From assembly GCA_963707985.1 (NCBI GenBank), contig CAVPRW010000017.1, forward strand, positions 64,001 to 128,000: 64,000 nt of DNA. Reading direction: 5' to 3'. The position numbers and the translations under genes are program-made. The DNA comes from an uncultured Nitrospinota bacterium. Its GTDB lineage: Bacteria > Tectomicrobia > Entotheonellia > J063 > CAVPRW01. Below are positions 43,433 to 54,203 of the stretch, piece by piece; the first letter of the stretch is position 1, and each line of letters opens with the position of its first letter. Under the pieces are notes generated by a model, which worked only from the letters and a program-made list of their open reading frames with translations, had not been told where the DNA came from and ran no database searches.

Positions 43433-44662
43433 CAGGGTCATTTAATTCTCAGCTGGTGAGGGGATGTAGGGGTAGGATTTCGCCTTGAGACCCTATATCA
43501 GGAGGTGAGATCAATAGAACCCACAATCCGTCCCCTCGTTGCAAGCTGACACGAAATCCCTGATCCCCGCTATTCACGGGGCCGGCGGCATCCCCTGGTG
43601 GCCATTCTGGCCTTGATGTGCGTCGCCATGCTGTGTGGCTACCGGAGTTACAGTGCAATGGCCGAGTGGGGCCGCGGTTACGGCCAGAAGCTGGCGCGTG
43701 CTTTGGGCTTTACCCATGCCAAGACGCCCTGTGCGGCGACCTTGCACCATGTCCTGCGTCAACTGGACGGGAACTTGGTGGAAGCCGCCCTGGGGGCATG
43801 GGCGGCCAGCGTCCTGACGGCGCTGCCTCCGTCTCCGGATGATCTGGAAGCGCTGGCCATCGATGGGAAAACGCTGCGGGGCAGTCGTAAGCAAGGAGCC
43901 CCCGCTGTCCATCTCCTCTCCGTGCTCAGCCATCGGCTGGGGCTGACCCTATGGCAACAGGCTGTGGCGGACAAAACTAATGAGATCCCGGTCCTGGAGG
44001 ACGTGTTGCGCGAGCTGGTCGTGGAGGGACGGGTGATGACCGTGGATGCCGTGCTCACCCAACGCGCCGTCGCTGAACGCATTGTGCACGGTGGCGGGGA
44101 CGATGTGATGCTGGTCAAAGGGAACCAACCCCAGCTGCAGCACGATATTCAGCTGGTCTTCCACGAGACTCACCTGTTGGCGGAGACCATGGCCACAGCA
44201 GAGACGGTCGACAGCGGGCACGGACACCTCGAGCAGCGCCGGCTGACCGCCAGCTCGGCACTCGTGGGATACAGTGACCGGCCTGGGTTGGCCCAAGTCT
44301 GCCAACTGGAGCGCGGCGTGCTCATGAAGAAGAGGGGGGAGCAACGCCACGAAGGGGTCTATGGAGTCACCAGCCTTAGCCGGGACCAGGCGGGTCCTGA
44401 ACGGCTGCTGGGCTTGGTCCGTCAGCATTGGTCTATCGAGAACAAGAGCCATTGGGTGCGTGATGTCACGTTCGATGATGATCGCTCCCAAGTACGCTGT
44501 GGCAGTATCCCACAGGTGCTGGCCGCGTTCCGCAATACGGCCATGGGGTTGATGCGCTGCGCAGGGGAGACGAATATCGCCGCGGCCTGTCGCCGCTTTG
44601 CCGCCCAGCCATGGTCGGCTTTAGCCCTGATCGGCATCATGCCGGAGAATTAAATGGCCCTG
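43433..44662 (+). mobile_element. ISAs1-family element
   Basis: 18-bp IRs CAGGGTCATTTAATTCTC / GAGAATTAAATGGCCCTG, 9-bp TSD CATATCGGG; IDGKTLRGS, VKGNQ, HWSIENKSHWVRDV; in-frame TGA before IPDPR. Confidence 0.93.
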
Positions 44663-44819
44663 CATATCGGGTTTCTTGACTTGCAGACTACATCTCAGAA
44701 GTGTAGGACAGGAGCTGCTTGCCCGCAATGACAAGAGCCCAATAGCTGGGAGATAGAGCCTAGCCAGGAACAAGAGCGTGTCCTGACATCCAGGAGAGCG
44801 AGTAGACGTAGGAGAAGGC

Positions 44820-45644
44820 TTGGCTGACCCAAACGTGAGGATCAACGACAAGAAGGAGCGGTCACGCTGCCCTCCGTACACATCGAAGATCATCAAAGCC
44901 GGAGCATTGCTCGCCGACACCAAAACGCTGCTGTCCCAGTGGGACGTGCGGGCATCGATTCGGGAAAACATGGATCGCCTGCATCGAGAAAATGTCTTCG
45001 GGAAAGCATCGCGATTACGGGTGAAGAATATCCTGGCCATATTCAAGCAGCGCTACTTGAGAGAAGAATCGGTCACCCGGGCACTGGTAGCCCTGGTGAA
45101 CTATCGCTTTCCACCTGCATCGCTTGACCGGCTGCTCTATTTCCACTCCGCCAAAGCAGACCGACTCCTCTTCGATATTGTTACCGAGGTACTTCTCCCG
45201 CTGCATGCACGGGGTATCGTGGATATCGAGATGACAGAGGTCGAAGGACTGGTGGCCACGTGGGTGAGGGAAGGCAAAACGACACGCTCGTGGGGCGAGA
45301 ACACCATTCGCCGGGTGACCCAAGGGCTTCTGTCGACGATGCGGGATTTTGGGGTATTGGCAGGGGCGGTCAATAAGCGCCTTGCCACGGCATACCTGCC
45401 GATTGCGGCATTTGCGTATATCACGTATTACTTGAAACAGCGCCAACCGTCAGGGGCAAAGCTCATCGATCTCCCTGACTGGAAGCTGTTCTTCCTGCCA
45501 CCAGAAGGCGTCGAACGCCTCCTGATCGAGGCTCATCAGCAGGGTCTCTTAGAATATCATGCGGCGGGAACGGTCACCCGTCTCACCTTCCCATCGAACT
45601 CCTTGGAGGACTACGCCTATGTCCTCGCTGAGACAGCGCATTGA
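44820..45644 (+). CDS. brxA: BREX BrxA (DUF1819)
   Basis: YTSKIIKAGALL, ENVFGKAS, WGENT; first gene of the brxABC order. Confidence 0.85.
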   Translation: MADPNVRINDKKERSRCPPYTSKIIKAGALLADTKTLLSQWDVRASIRENMDRLHRENVFGKASRLRVKNILAIFKQRYLREESVTRALVALVNYRFPPASLDRLLYFHSAKADRLLFDIVTEVLLPLHARGIVDIEMTEVEGLVATWVREGKTTRSWGENTIRRVTQGLLSTMRDFGVLAGAVNKRLATAYLPIAAFAYITYYLKQRQPSGAKLIDLPDWKLFFLPPEGVERLLIEAHQQGLLEYHAAGTVTRLTFPSNSLEDYAYVLAETAH

Positions 45645-46200
45645 GCTCCTCGAAGCCGACCTGAAAGCTGTACCGCCTCGGATTAGCGTCTATCACGATT
45701 TGCCATTCGCCATCCTCCGCTACGAGCCTACCGAGGAATGGGAGCTGCGCCGGGAAGCTCGGCTGCTCGCGACGCGGTTAGAAGCCTTTGGGAAGGATGT
45801 GCACAGCATTTCCATGTCGGCCCTCCTATGGCTAGCTATCGAGGAAACTGAGGGGCTCGAAGCTGTAGTGGAGCTGGAACAGGAAAGGGGCTATCTCGCT
45901 GCGCAGGAGCAAGTCACCACGTACCTGTCCGACCGAGATTGGCAACCGCTGGCCGACCTGGTGGCGGAGCGGCTCACACCATATGATCCGGCCAAGAGCA
46001 TTGTGTTCCTGACGAGAGTCGCGGCCATGGCGCCAGGGCTCTATCATATGTCGAAGCTTCTCGATCAGTTGCAGGGGAAAACCCAAGTCACGACAATTCT
46101 GTTCTATCCTGGGTCTATTGAAGGCACGACCGGCCTGCGATTCATGGACCTCAAGGATCGGGAAGCGTTGGGCAACTATCGCGTCAAGATTTACGGCTGA
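45619..46200 (+). CDS. brxB: BREX BrxB (DUF1788)
   Basis: PFAILRY.P..E, ILFYPG, LRFM..GNYR. Confidence 0.88.
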   Translation: MSSLRQRIELLEADLKAVPPRISVYHDLPFAILRYEPTEEWELRREARLLATRLEAFGKDVHSISMSALLWLAIEETEGLEAVVELEQERGYLAAQEQVTTYLSDRDWQPLADLVAERLTPYDPAKSIVFLTRVAAMAPGLYHMSKLLDQLQGKTQVTTILFYPGSIEGTTGLRFMDLKDREALGNYRVKIYG

Positions 46201-46210
46201 GGGTACGGTC

Positions 46211-49186
46211 ATGAATACTATTGGAGAGCTCCTGGCACGGAATCTCGATCGCAAGATCGAGGAGATCATCCAAGTCGATCAGGCCGACGAGCAAGCCGTG
46301 TACGACGAAATTACAGAATACATTGCCACAGACAGCATTCGCGATCAGTATGCCCAGCTGCTCGAAGCGATTGCCGAAGCCCCGGCAGAGCCACACGAGG
46401 GCATTGGCGTGTGGATTTCGGGCTTTTTCGGCTCGGGGAAAAGTTCGTTCGCCAAGAATCTTGGTTACGCCCTGAAAAACGAAACGATACGTGGGACGGG
46501 ATTCGCCCAGTTGTTCAAGCAACAAATCGACGACGAGCGGGTGAATAACTTCCTTGATTCCATCACCGCACGCGTTCCTACCGAAGTCATGCTGTTCGAG
46601 GTGGCCAAGGAGCGCGATACCCGTAAGGTGACCGAACGCATTGCGGAATTGATGTACACGGTTCTGCTCCGCGAGCTCGATTATGCTGAGGACTTCGACA
46701 TCGCTGAGTTGGAGATCGAACTGGAGGCCGAGGGCAAGCTGGACGAGTTCGTCGAAACCTGTCGCAAGCTCCACGGGCAAGAATGGCAAAGAGTTCGAAA
46801 AGGCGCGCAAAAACTCTCCAGGGCCAGTGCCGTGCTACATACCATCGACCCAAGCACCTATCCATCAGCCGATTCGTGGTCGCACGCCCAGCGGACTCGA
46901 GACACCGCCATCACGGTGAGCAAGGTGGTCGAGCGCACCTTCGACCTCGTCGGTCGACGGCGGCCCGGCAAGGCGCTCGTTTTCATCATTGATGAGGTGG
47001 GTCAGCACGTGGCCCGCAGCGGCGACAAGATCGAAGACCTGCGAGCCACGATCGAGGAGTTCGGAAAGGTCGGCAAGAATCTCCTGACAGCCCGCAAGAT
47101 CATCGCTCCGTGCTGGATTGTCGTCACCTCGCAGGAAAAGCTCGATGAGGTGGTTGCCGCCATTGACTCGAAGCGGGTCGAACTGGCCAAGTTGCAAGAC
47201 CGCTTCCGCTATCGAGTCGACCTGGCTCCATCGGATATTCGGGAGGTCGCGACGAAGCGCGTGCTTGCCAAAAAGCGCGAGGCGGAGCCGATCTTGAAGA
47301 AGCTCTTCGCAGATAACCAGGGGACGCTGAACGCCGCTCTGCGCCTCGAACGCACGAGTCGGCGCACGACGCTCAGCGAAAACGATTTCATGCAGTTTTA
47401 TCCCTATCCTCCGCATTACATCGACCTGTGCATTGGTATCATGTCGGGCATCCGATTGCAGCCCGGAGCGCCACGCCAATACGGCGGCAGTAACCGGACG
47501 ATTATCAAGCAAGCCTACGAAATGTTGGTCTCAGACCGCACTGCCATGGCACAGAAGCCCATTGGCACGTTAATCACGCTTGATAAGGTCTTCGAACTGG
47601 TCGAAGGCAACCTCTCGAATGAAAGACGCACAGACATCTATGAGATCAGTGAGCAGTGTAAAGGTGACCCACAGGACCACGGCTGGATGCTGCGGGTGGC
47701 GAAGGTGGTCTGCCTGTTAGAGTTCATACGGGATTTGCCACGCACCGAGGCCAATATCGCAGCCTTCTTGGTTGACGCAGTAGGCAAGCCCGCGCCGGTG
47801 GCAGAAGTCGAAGCGGCGGTGAAGAAGCTCTACAGCGCACAGTTCATTCGTAACACCGAAGACGGCTGGAAGCTGCAAACGGCGCAAGAAAAGAGCTGGG
47901 AGACGGACCGACGAGGCCACCTGGAACCCAGACCGCGAGACCGCAATGAGCTCATCCGGCAGATGCTCCGCGTCATCTTCGGCGAGGCGGCCCTCAGGAC
48001 CTACCGTTACAGGGACTTCCGGTCGTTTCGAGTGGGACTGAGGGTTGAGGGAGCGGAGATTGGTGATGAAGGTGACCTGCCTTTGTCGCTTTGCATTGCC
48101 GACGATACCGAGGAGATGTCGAAGCGGCTGGTAGAGGTGCGCGAGGAGAGCCGTCAGGTATCCCACAAGAATGACGTGTATTGGCTCTTTGCGCTCACTC
48201 CCGAGATCGATGACTTGGTCGGGCATTTTTATGCGTCACGCAAGATGGTCGAGAAGTACGATCAATTACGGGCGCAAAACAAGATCACCACAGAGGAAGC
48301 GACCTGCCTGCAAGATGAAAAGAATGCCGTTATCACCTATCAATCCCGCTTGCAAGACAAGCTGACGCAAGTGATGGAAAAAGGCACAGGACTTTTTCAG
48401 GGCGTCGCACGGGAAGCGGCATCACTTGGCAAGAATCTGAGTGAGATCCTCAAGACGCTCTTCGGATATGTCGTCCCCGATCTCTATCCAAAGCTCGAAA
48501 TGGGTGCTCGACCACTCAAGGGCGACGAGGCAGAGTCATTGCTCAAAGCGGCGGACTTGAAGGCGCTGCCGCAGGTCTTCTACGCTGGTGACAACGGCCT
48601 CGGGCTCGTCGTCCAAGACGGCCCCAAGTTGGTGCTGAATACGGCTGCCGACGTTGCGAAGGAGGTCTTCGATTACCTCGTCAGCGAGCACAGCTACGGC
48701 AATAAAGACACCCGGACAGGCAGGGCTCTAGAGCGGAGGTTCAGTGGCATTGGTTATGGCTGGGATCGAGACATGCTCCGTCTCGTCCTGGCAGTGCTGT
48801 TCCGGGCTGGTTCCATTGAGGTGACGTATCAGGGGAGTCGCTTTCGCAACTACCAGGATCCCCTCTCCCGTGTAGCCTTCACGAATAACGTGGCCTTCCG
48901 CACTTCGCTGTTCTCCCCACGTGACACGCTGAATCTCAAGACGCTGACCCTGGCGGTGCAGCAGCTTGAAGAACTCACGGGAGAGGAAATCGATGTAGAA
49001 GAAGGGGCGATCGCGTCGGCGTTCAAGAAGTTGGCGAGTGAAGAGCTGGAAAAACTCTACCCCTTGAAGGCCACGGCCGAAGCCTATCAGCTTCCTGTCG
49101 TATCCTTGATCACCGATTTCCAACGTACACCTGGATGTCTTGAACAACAAAGCTGTATGATACTATTGCTCATTGCATTACCCTAA
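46211..49186 (+). CDS. brxC: BREX ATPase BrxC, probably C-terminally truncated
   Basis: WISGFFGSGKS, FIIDEVGQ, TSQE, DRF; coding character degrades after ~49125. Confidence 0.9.
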   Translation: MNTIGELLARNLDRKIEEIIQVDQADEQAVYDEITEYIATDSIRDQYAQLLEAIAEAPAEPHEGIGVWISGFFGSGKSSFAKNLGYALKNETIRGTGFAQLFKQQIDDERVNNFLDSITARVPTEVMLFEVAKERDTRKVTERIAELMYTVLLRELDYAEDFDIAELEIELEAEGKLDEFVETCRKLHGQEWQRVRKGAQKLSRASAVLHTIDPSTYPSADSWSHAQRTRDTAITVSKVVERTFDLVGRRRPGKALVFIIDEVGQHVARSGDKIEDLRATIEEFGKVGKNLLTARKIIAPCWIVVTSQEKLDEVVAAIDSKRVELAKLQDRFRYRVDLAPSDIREVATKRVLAKKREAEPILKKLFADNQGTLNAALRLERTSRRTTLSENDFMQFYPYPPHYIDLCIGIMSGIRLQPGAPRQYGGSNRTIIKQAYEMLVSDRTAMAQKPIGTLITLDKVFELVEGNLSNERRTDIYEISEQCKGDPQDHGWMLRVAKVVCLLEFIRDLPRTEANIAAFLVDAVGKPAPVAEVEAAVKKLYSAQFIRNTEDGWKLQTAQEKSWETDRRGHLEPRPRDRNELIRQMLRVIFGEAALRTYRYRDFRSFRVGLRVEGAEIGDEGDLPLSLCIADDTEEMSKRLVEVREESRQVSHKNDVYWLFALTPEIDDLVGHFYASRKMVEKYDQLRAQNKITTEEATCLQDEKNAVITYQSRLQDKLTQVMEKGTGLFQGVAREAASLGKNLSEILKTLFGYVVPDLYPKLEMGARPLKGDEAESLLKAADLKALPQVFYAGDNGLGLVVQDGPKLVLNTAADVAKEVFDYLVSEHSYGNKDTRTGRALERRFSGIGYGWDRDMLRLVLAVLFRAGSIEVTYQGSRFRNYQDPLSRVAFTNNVAFRTSLFSPRDTLNLKTLTLAVQQLEELTGEEIDVEEGAIASAFKKLASEELEKLYPLKATAEAYQLPVVSLITDFQRTPGCLEQQSCMILLLIALP

Positions 49187-49241
49187 GACCTTGCCCAAGG
49201 CCCCGGCCTATTCCAGCACAGGGATCACCGCAAGAGGAGCC

Positions 49242-49586
49242 ATGGCAATAGAATTCCACTTCCGTAAAAGCGTGTTCGCCATCGAGGATTGGTATGGTCC
49301 GTTTGAAGGCTGGACGGCCGACCAACATTGGAACGGCTGGGCGTGCCCCTACTTTGAGCGGGACGTTGCCCTGCGCATGGCAGCGACCTGGAACGAGGTG
49401 ACGTTTGAGAAGGATGTCTTCAAGGCCCACTATGATGAAGAACACGACCAGTTCTGCTTCTTTTCAGAGTCTGGAGAGGGCTGGGAGTGCTTCGGCTCAC
49501 AAGTCATTGATATGGAAGGCCGGCCGATCATCGTCTATGCGATTGGCACATATGACTGGATCTGGGAGGAAACTCTATCAAGGTGA
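49242..49586 (+). CDS. Hypothetical aromatic-rich protein
   Basis: GAGGAG RBS; WNGWACPYF and YAIG..WIW motifs. Confidence 0.7.
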   Translation: MAIEFHFRKSVFAIEDWYGPFEGWTADQHWNGWACPYFERDVALRMAATWNEVTFEKDVFKAHYDEEHDQFCFFSESGEGWECFGSQVIDMEGRPIIVYAIGTYDWIWEETLSR

Positions 49587-49959
49587 ATCCAGACTCCTCC
49601 CTGATCCTCTTGGTAATGGTTCCCAAATTGCCTACCATCAGCCTTGTTTCGCCTCAGAAACTTTGCTAGATTAGTCAAAATTTTTCACTGCTTAACTTGC
49701 CGTTGCAGCACCGGACACTGGTTGTGTCACCGAAATACGAAAACCATGAGCACCCTCCACATGGTACAGCATGTTTCTCGGAAACTTTCGATACCGGAGC
49801 AACGCTATAGGCCCACCATGCTCGATATCGTGAACCTTGGGTTCGAGAACCTCCACTCAGTACTGTGTGCAGTAATAAGCCTCCTTTTCTTCTAAGACCC
49901 TACAGAAGGCTTTAACGCGATCGCGGTCAATCTATAGTCAGGCGAGGGTACTACTAAGC

Positions 49960-50673
49960 ATGAGGCCAAAGACAACCACCACCATGTCCGTCCCCCCTGC
50001 CAGGATTCTAAGATGGATACCCCCATACACCGAGCCGGGAAAGCCCGACCTTTTCTATATCAACAATATTCTCTCTGCCATGTGGCGCGAGCCAGATGGC
50101 ACTCTGCCTCGCCTTGGCAACCCGGAGGCTCCGCTCGACGATCTGGTGTTTCTGATGCTCACGAGGCGAGGGCACATTGCTGCAGCGCGCCGTGTCTTTG
50201 AGTCACTTCACTCCCTGTCGATAGAACATGGTCATGGAAAGCCCGCCTGGTCGTGGTTCATCGATCAGCGCATCGACAGGATGGCTCTCTCGCTCAACTC
50301 TCTTGGTATGGGGCGAACGCGAGCCCGGGAAATTCATGCGGCACTCAGCCAGATCCGATCCCGCTTTGGTGAGATCACGCTCGATCCCCTCCGCAGGTGG
50401 AACAATAGTCGTTGCCTTGAGTTTCTATGCTCGCTTCCTGGCGTCAGCCTGAAAACAGCTGCCTGCGTGATGCTGTACACTCTGGGACGCGATATCTTCC
50501 CCGCCGACGTCCACTGCACCCGTGTGCTTGCCAGACTGGGCCTTCTTCCCCGGAAATATGAGCGACAGGAGCATCACAAGGAGGCACAGCGCCTTCTACT
50601 CAATGGTCTCATCCCGAAAGGTGCGGCCTTCAGCCTCCACGTGTCGCTGGTTCTTCACGGTCAGAATGTCTGA
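49960..50673 (+). CDS. Endonuclease III-like HhH-GPD glycosylase domain (probably fused to the downstream MTase)
   Basis: LCSLPGVSLKTAACV..FPADVH..RLG; the Fe-S motif NPRCHVCPVRGFC continues in the MTase frame. Confidence 0.82.
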   Translation: MRPKTTTTMSVPPARILRWIPPYTEPGKPDLFYINNILSAMWREPDGTLPRLGNPEAPLDDLVFLMLTRRGHIAAARRVFESLHSLSIEHGHGKPAWSWFIDQRIDRMALSLNSLGMGRTRAREIHAALSQIRSRFGEITLDPLRRWNNSRCLEFLCSLPGVSLKTAACVMLYTLGRDIFPADVHCTRVLARLGLLPRKYERQEHHKEAQRLLLNGLIPKGAAFSLHVSLVLHGQNV

Positions 50674-50693
50674 CCGCCAATCCTAGATGTCAC

Positions 50694-52019
50694 GTGTGTC
50701 CTGTCAGAGGGTTCTGTGTTGATTTTCGTCGTCATGCCTCGGAGCAGTGGCAGAAGAATCACACACAACCTTCATGTGTGGACCTGTTTTCCGGCGCGGG
50801 TGGCACAAGCATCGGCCTCTCGCGACCCATTGAGCAGGGACACGATCCAGGCGCTACAACCACGCCGACGATGCGAATCGCTCTTGCAGTTGAGCTGGAC
50901 CGATGGGCGCACAAGACCTATGCCATCAATCATCCCGAGATTCCACTGAACGGACTACTGCAAGTCGACCTGACCAGACACACCGCCGTCGAAAAAATCA
51001 GGCGGGCACTCTCCGGTGAGCCCAACCTTGTCCTCATCATCGGTGGTCCACCATGTCAGAAGGTCTCTCTCATCGGCACCACAGGCCGCCGGCTGGCCAC
51101 CAGCAAATATGCCCGTTTTGACCGGCGCAGGGGAGCTGAAACCTATATTGCATTCCGCGACGTTGTACGGACGCTCAGGATCCGCTTCTTCATTCTCGAA
51201 AATGTCCCCGGCCTCTTTGCTGCCAATGACGGTACTGCATGTCAGGACATTATCGAGGATTTCTCCGATCTTTATTCCACTGCCAGTATTCACGTTGAGG
51301 CCCATGACCACGGCGTTCCTCAGCACCGCAGGCGCATTCTCATCGTTGGCGTCCTGAAGCGAGGCAGCCCTGAGATCGCGCATGATGCACTGACATTCCT
51401 GCTGGACAGATTGCTCACGCCCCTCCAGCACTCTCCCTGGGTTGCAACGTTTGGTGAAGCAGTTTCCGACTTGCCACCACTCAAACCATCCAGTGGGACA
51501 GAATTTGGCAGGTATCCTCTGTCAGCTGATACCGCGTCGCTCTCTGGTCGCCAGCGTACTGCCTATCAACTGGCCATGCAGAATGGTTCCAGTATGATCT
51601 TTAACCATGTCGCCCGCCCCAATAATGAACGTGATATCAAACTTTACGCACTCCTCAGGCCAGGCGAGGTTGGCGCGGATGCTCACCGCAAATATAACCG
51701 ACCTGACCTGATGATCTACCGCAACGACATATTCCTGGATAAATACCGCCGTCAGGTCTGGGGTGCGCCGAGCACCACCATTGTTGCTCATCTGGCGAGG
51801 GACGGTCACATGTTTATTCACCCGAGGCAGGTACGCTCGATCACAGTCCGGGAAGCCGCCCGTCTCCAGTCCTTCCCTGATGATTTTATCTTTCTGGGTC
51901 CACGCACCGAGCAGTTCCGGCAGGTGGGCAATGCTGTTCCACCACTTCTCGGGGCCAGAATAAGGACCGCTGTACTTGAAACACTGCAACGCTTTTACCC
52001 CGTTGAAAGCGGTGGATAA
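50694..52019 (+). CDS. drmMII: DNA cytosine-5 methyltransferase (DISARM DrmMII role)
   Basis: DLFSGAGG, GGPPCQ, ENV, PQHRRR, REAARLQSFPD, QVGNAV. Confidence 0.9.
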   Translation: MCPVRGFCVDFRRHASEQWQKNHTQPSCVDLFSGAGGTSIGLSRPIEQGHDPGATTTPTMRIALAVELDRWAHKTYAINHPEIPLNGLLQVDLTRHTAVEKIRRALSGEPNLVLIIGGPPCQKVSLIGTTGRRLATSKYARFDRRRGAETYIAFRDVVRTLRIRFFILENVPGLFAANDGTACQDIIEDFSDLYSTASIHVEAHDHGVPQHRRRILIVGVLKRGSPEIAHDALTFLLDRLLTPLQHSPWVATFGEAVSDLPPLKPSSGTEFGRYPLSADTASLSGRQRTAYQLAMQNGSSMIFNHVARPNNERDIKLYALLRPGEVGADAHRKYNRPDLMIYRNDIFLDKYRRQVWGAPSTTIVAHLARDGHMFIHPRQVRSITVREAARLQSFPDDFIFLGPRTEQFRQVGNAVPPLLGARIRTAVLETLQRFYPVESGG

Positions 52020-52024
52020 TCACC

Positions 52025-54102
52025 ATGAAAATTCGGCTCTTCCCTCAGCACTTCCTCCAGACGGACAGATGCTTCGGGCTTCTCAGGGCTGAACACGATG
52101 GTGAATTGGACCCGCCTGTCACCATCGAGGGAGATACTGGGATTCCCATTCATATCATTCACTCTGACCCTGAGCATCTGGCCTACCTTGTCGGGCTCAT
52201 CGTCCTGCAGGCGTGGACGAGCGGTATCAGTGAGCTTGGAAAGCCACCGTCCCAGCGTCGAGCCGTACTCGTAGTGACCGACAAACCCGGGAAGTTCGGG
52301 GAGGCTTATCTTCGACTGAATCTTCCAGGGGGGAAGATCAGGGATGTCGACAGCCGCCGAAGGCTGACATTCTACGAAAAGACCGGCCATGCACCCCTTG
52401 ACAAGAGTGAGTACTTGTATAGTGAGTACTTGTATAGGGATATAGGGTCCAATGATGCCCGAACCAGGCTTCACAATTTTTTCCCGCTTACCAGATTCTT
52501 GGGGGCGTCGGGACTCCCAGGGTGATTGCTAGCCGACAGTACTTGGGACATGATGACAACGCCGGGTCGGCTGTACTGATCACGCGAAAGTCAGATAGAG
52601 AAACCCTCCTCGTCTTTCAGAAACGCTTCCAGCCTCTCCTTGCTATCTTTGACGCTCATGCACTCGCATCCCTTGGCCCATCCTCCGGGACTCCCACCAT
52701 CTTCTACCACGAGTCCATCTTCGCTCCAGAGCTGGCCCGTCGCTCCGCCGAGCCGCTCGTCCTCCACTGTTTTCCCGATGCCCGCTTTGAGCGTTTTTGT
52801 TCCCGGGCCAGTCTGTGCATGATTGAGCCACTGGAACCCGAGGATCTCACCAGGATATGGAAAGATGTTGATGGCGCACTTCAGGCTCTTATTGAAAGAC
52901 TGGATCAGCGCCGTGATCGCATTGTTCTGGAAATGTATCGGGCCGCTTCGCGCCTCAGAAATCTCCTGCTCAGTCTGCCAGTTGGGATCGAGGCGTACGA
53001 GCAGGCTCTCCTCGCATCAGGGCAGCCAGAGAGCCTCTGGTATGTCTGGTCGATCACACAGGCCCTCCAAGCTCTTGAAAGCCGGATCTCTGAGATAGCG
53101 GCCCTTGGCGAATGGGAGGAATTGATCCTTCGAGAACTCGTTGACGGATTTCAGCGGCTGGTAGCGCTGCTTCGGCACGGATCTCCAAAAAGAGAACCTC
53201 TGGTAACCAGCGCGAATGAGAGTCTTGCCGCATCCCGGCGTGTTGCCCTTGTCGTAACCAGCCCCTCGGTTGCCAGTGGTTCGAAATGGGTGATACGCTT
53301 CCCTCAACCCCATGGCCTGGGGCTATCGCCCGAAAGGGTTACAGCCATAACTCTGAGCGACATCGACACGCTGGACCCGGACCACGATTGCATCGTCCAT
53401 GAGGTCTTTGACCCGCACACCCTCTTCTCTGCACTTGCCCGTGCGGGACCAAGACGGATCAGTTTCATCCTGATGCGCAATGAGCTCCGCTTCGTCGGTG
53501 AGCGACTGCTGCGGTCCAGACAACTTTTCCCCGATCATCCGGCCAACGATACCATTCTTTATCCCATATATCAGCAGGTGGAACGCCTCGAACCGGTAAG
53601 CCAGACCTCCCGCCGTAATCGCACAACCACCCTCTTCTCCGATTCCGATTATGAGATGGTTATGCGAATGTTCAACCTGGGACCACGCATGGTTGAACAC
53701 GGAACGGTGCTGACCGAGGACCCTGAACACGCTGAAACCGGTCCGCTCGCCGAGCTGCCAGCCTATCTCTTCCACCTTGAGGGTCAGAGTGCGGTTTTTC
53801 TTGATGCATCAGGTCGTCTCTCCTACGTCCGGACCGACGATTCTATCGTCAGCGGGCCCGTGAACGTCCTGGAGGCGGGACACCGGCTCATTATTATTAA
53901 CCCCGCCGCACGCGAATCTATCGCCCATCGCATTCTCACCGCAAGGCGCGAGCAGGAAACGGACCACGTTACAGGTCAGACCATCAGCCGCTGGCGGCAG
54001 GAATTATCCGACGGAATCAGGCGTCACGCGTTCACCTACAACGAGATGAGGAGTTTCTTCGCCAGATCGGTATCACCATCGGAGAGCTTCAGGATGCCGT
54101 GA
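52025..54102 (+). CDS. drmE: DrmE-like protein (split or frameshifted near 52500; C-terminus degenerate)
   Basis: ORFs 52025..52525 and 52522..54102 directly upstream of drmA in a C5-MTase DISARM locus; assignment mainly positional. Confidence 0.5.
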
Positions 54103-54203
54103 CTCTCCTCACCATCGAGGATATATCCAGAGAGGCCAGAGCGGTTCCTGTCGACCAGATCGGCAGGGTTATTCTCCTATGAATTGAAGGGAGGCCATCA
54201 TCC

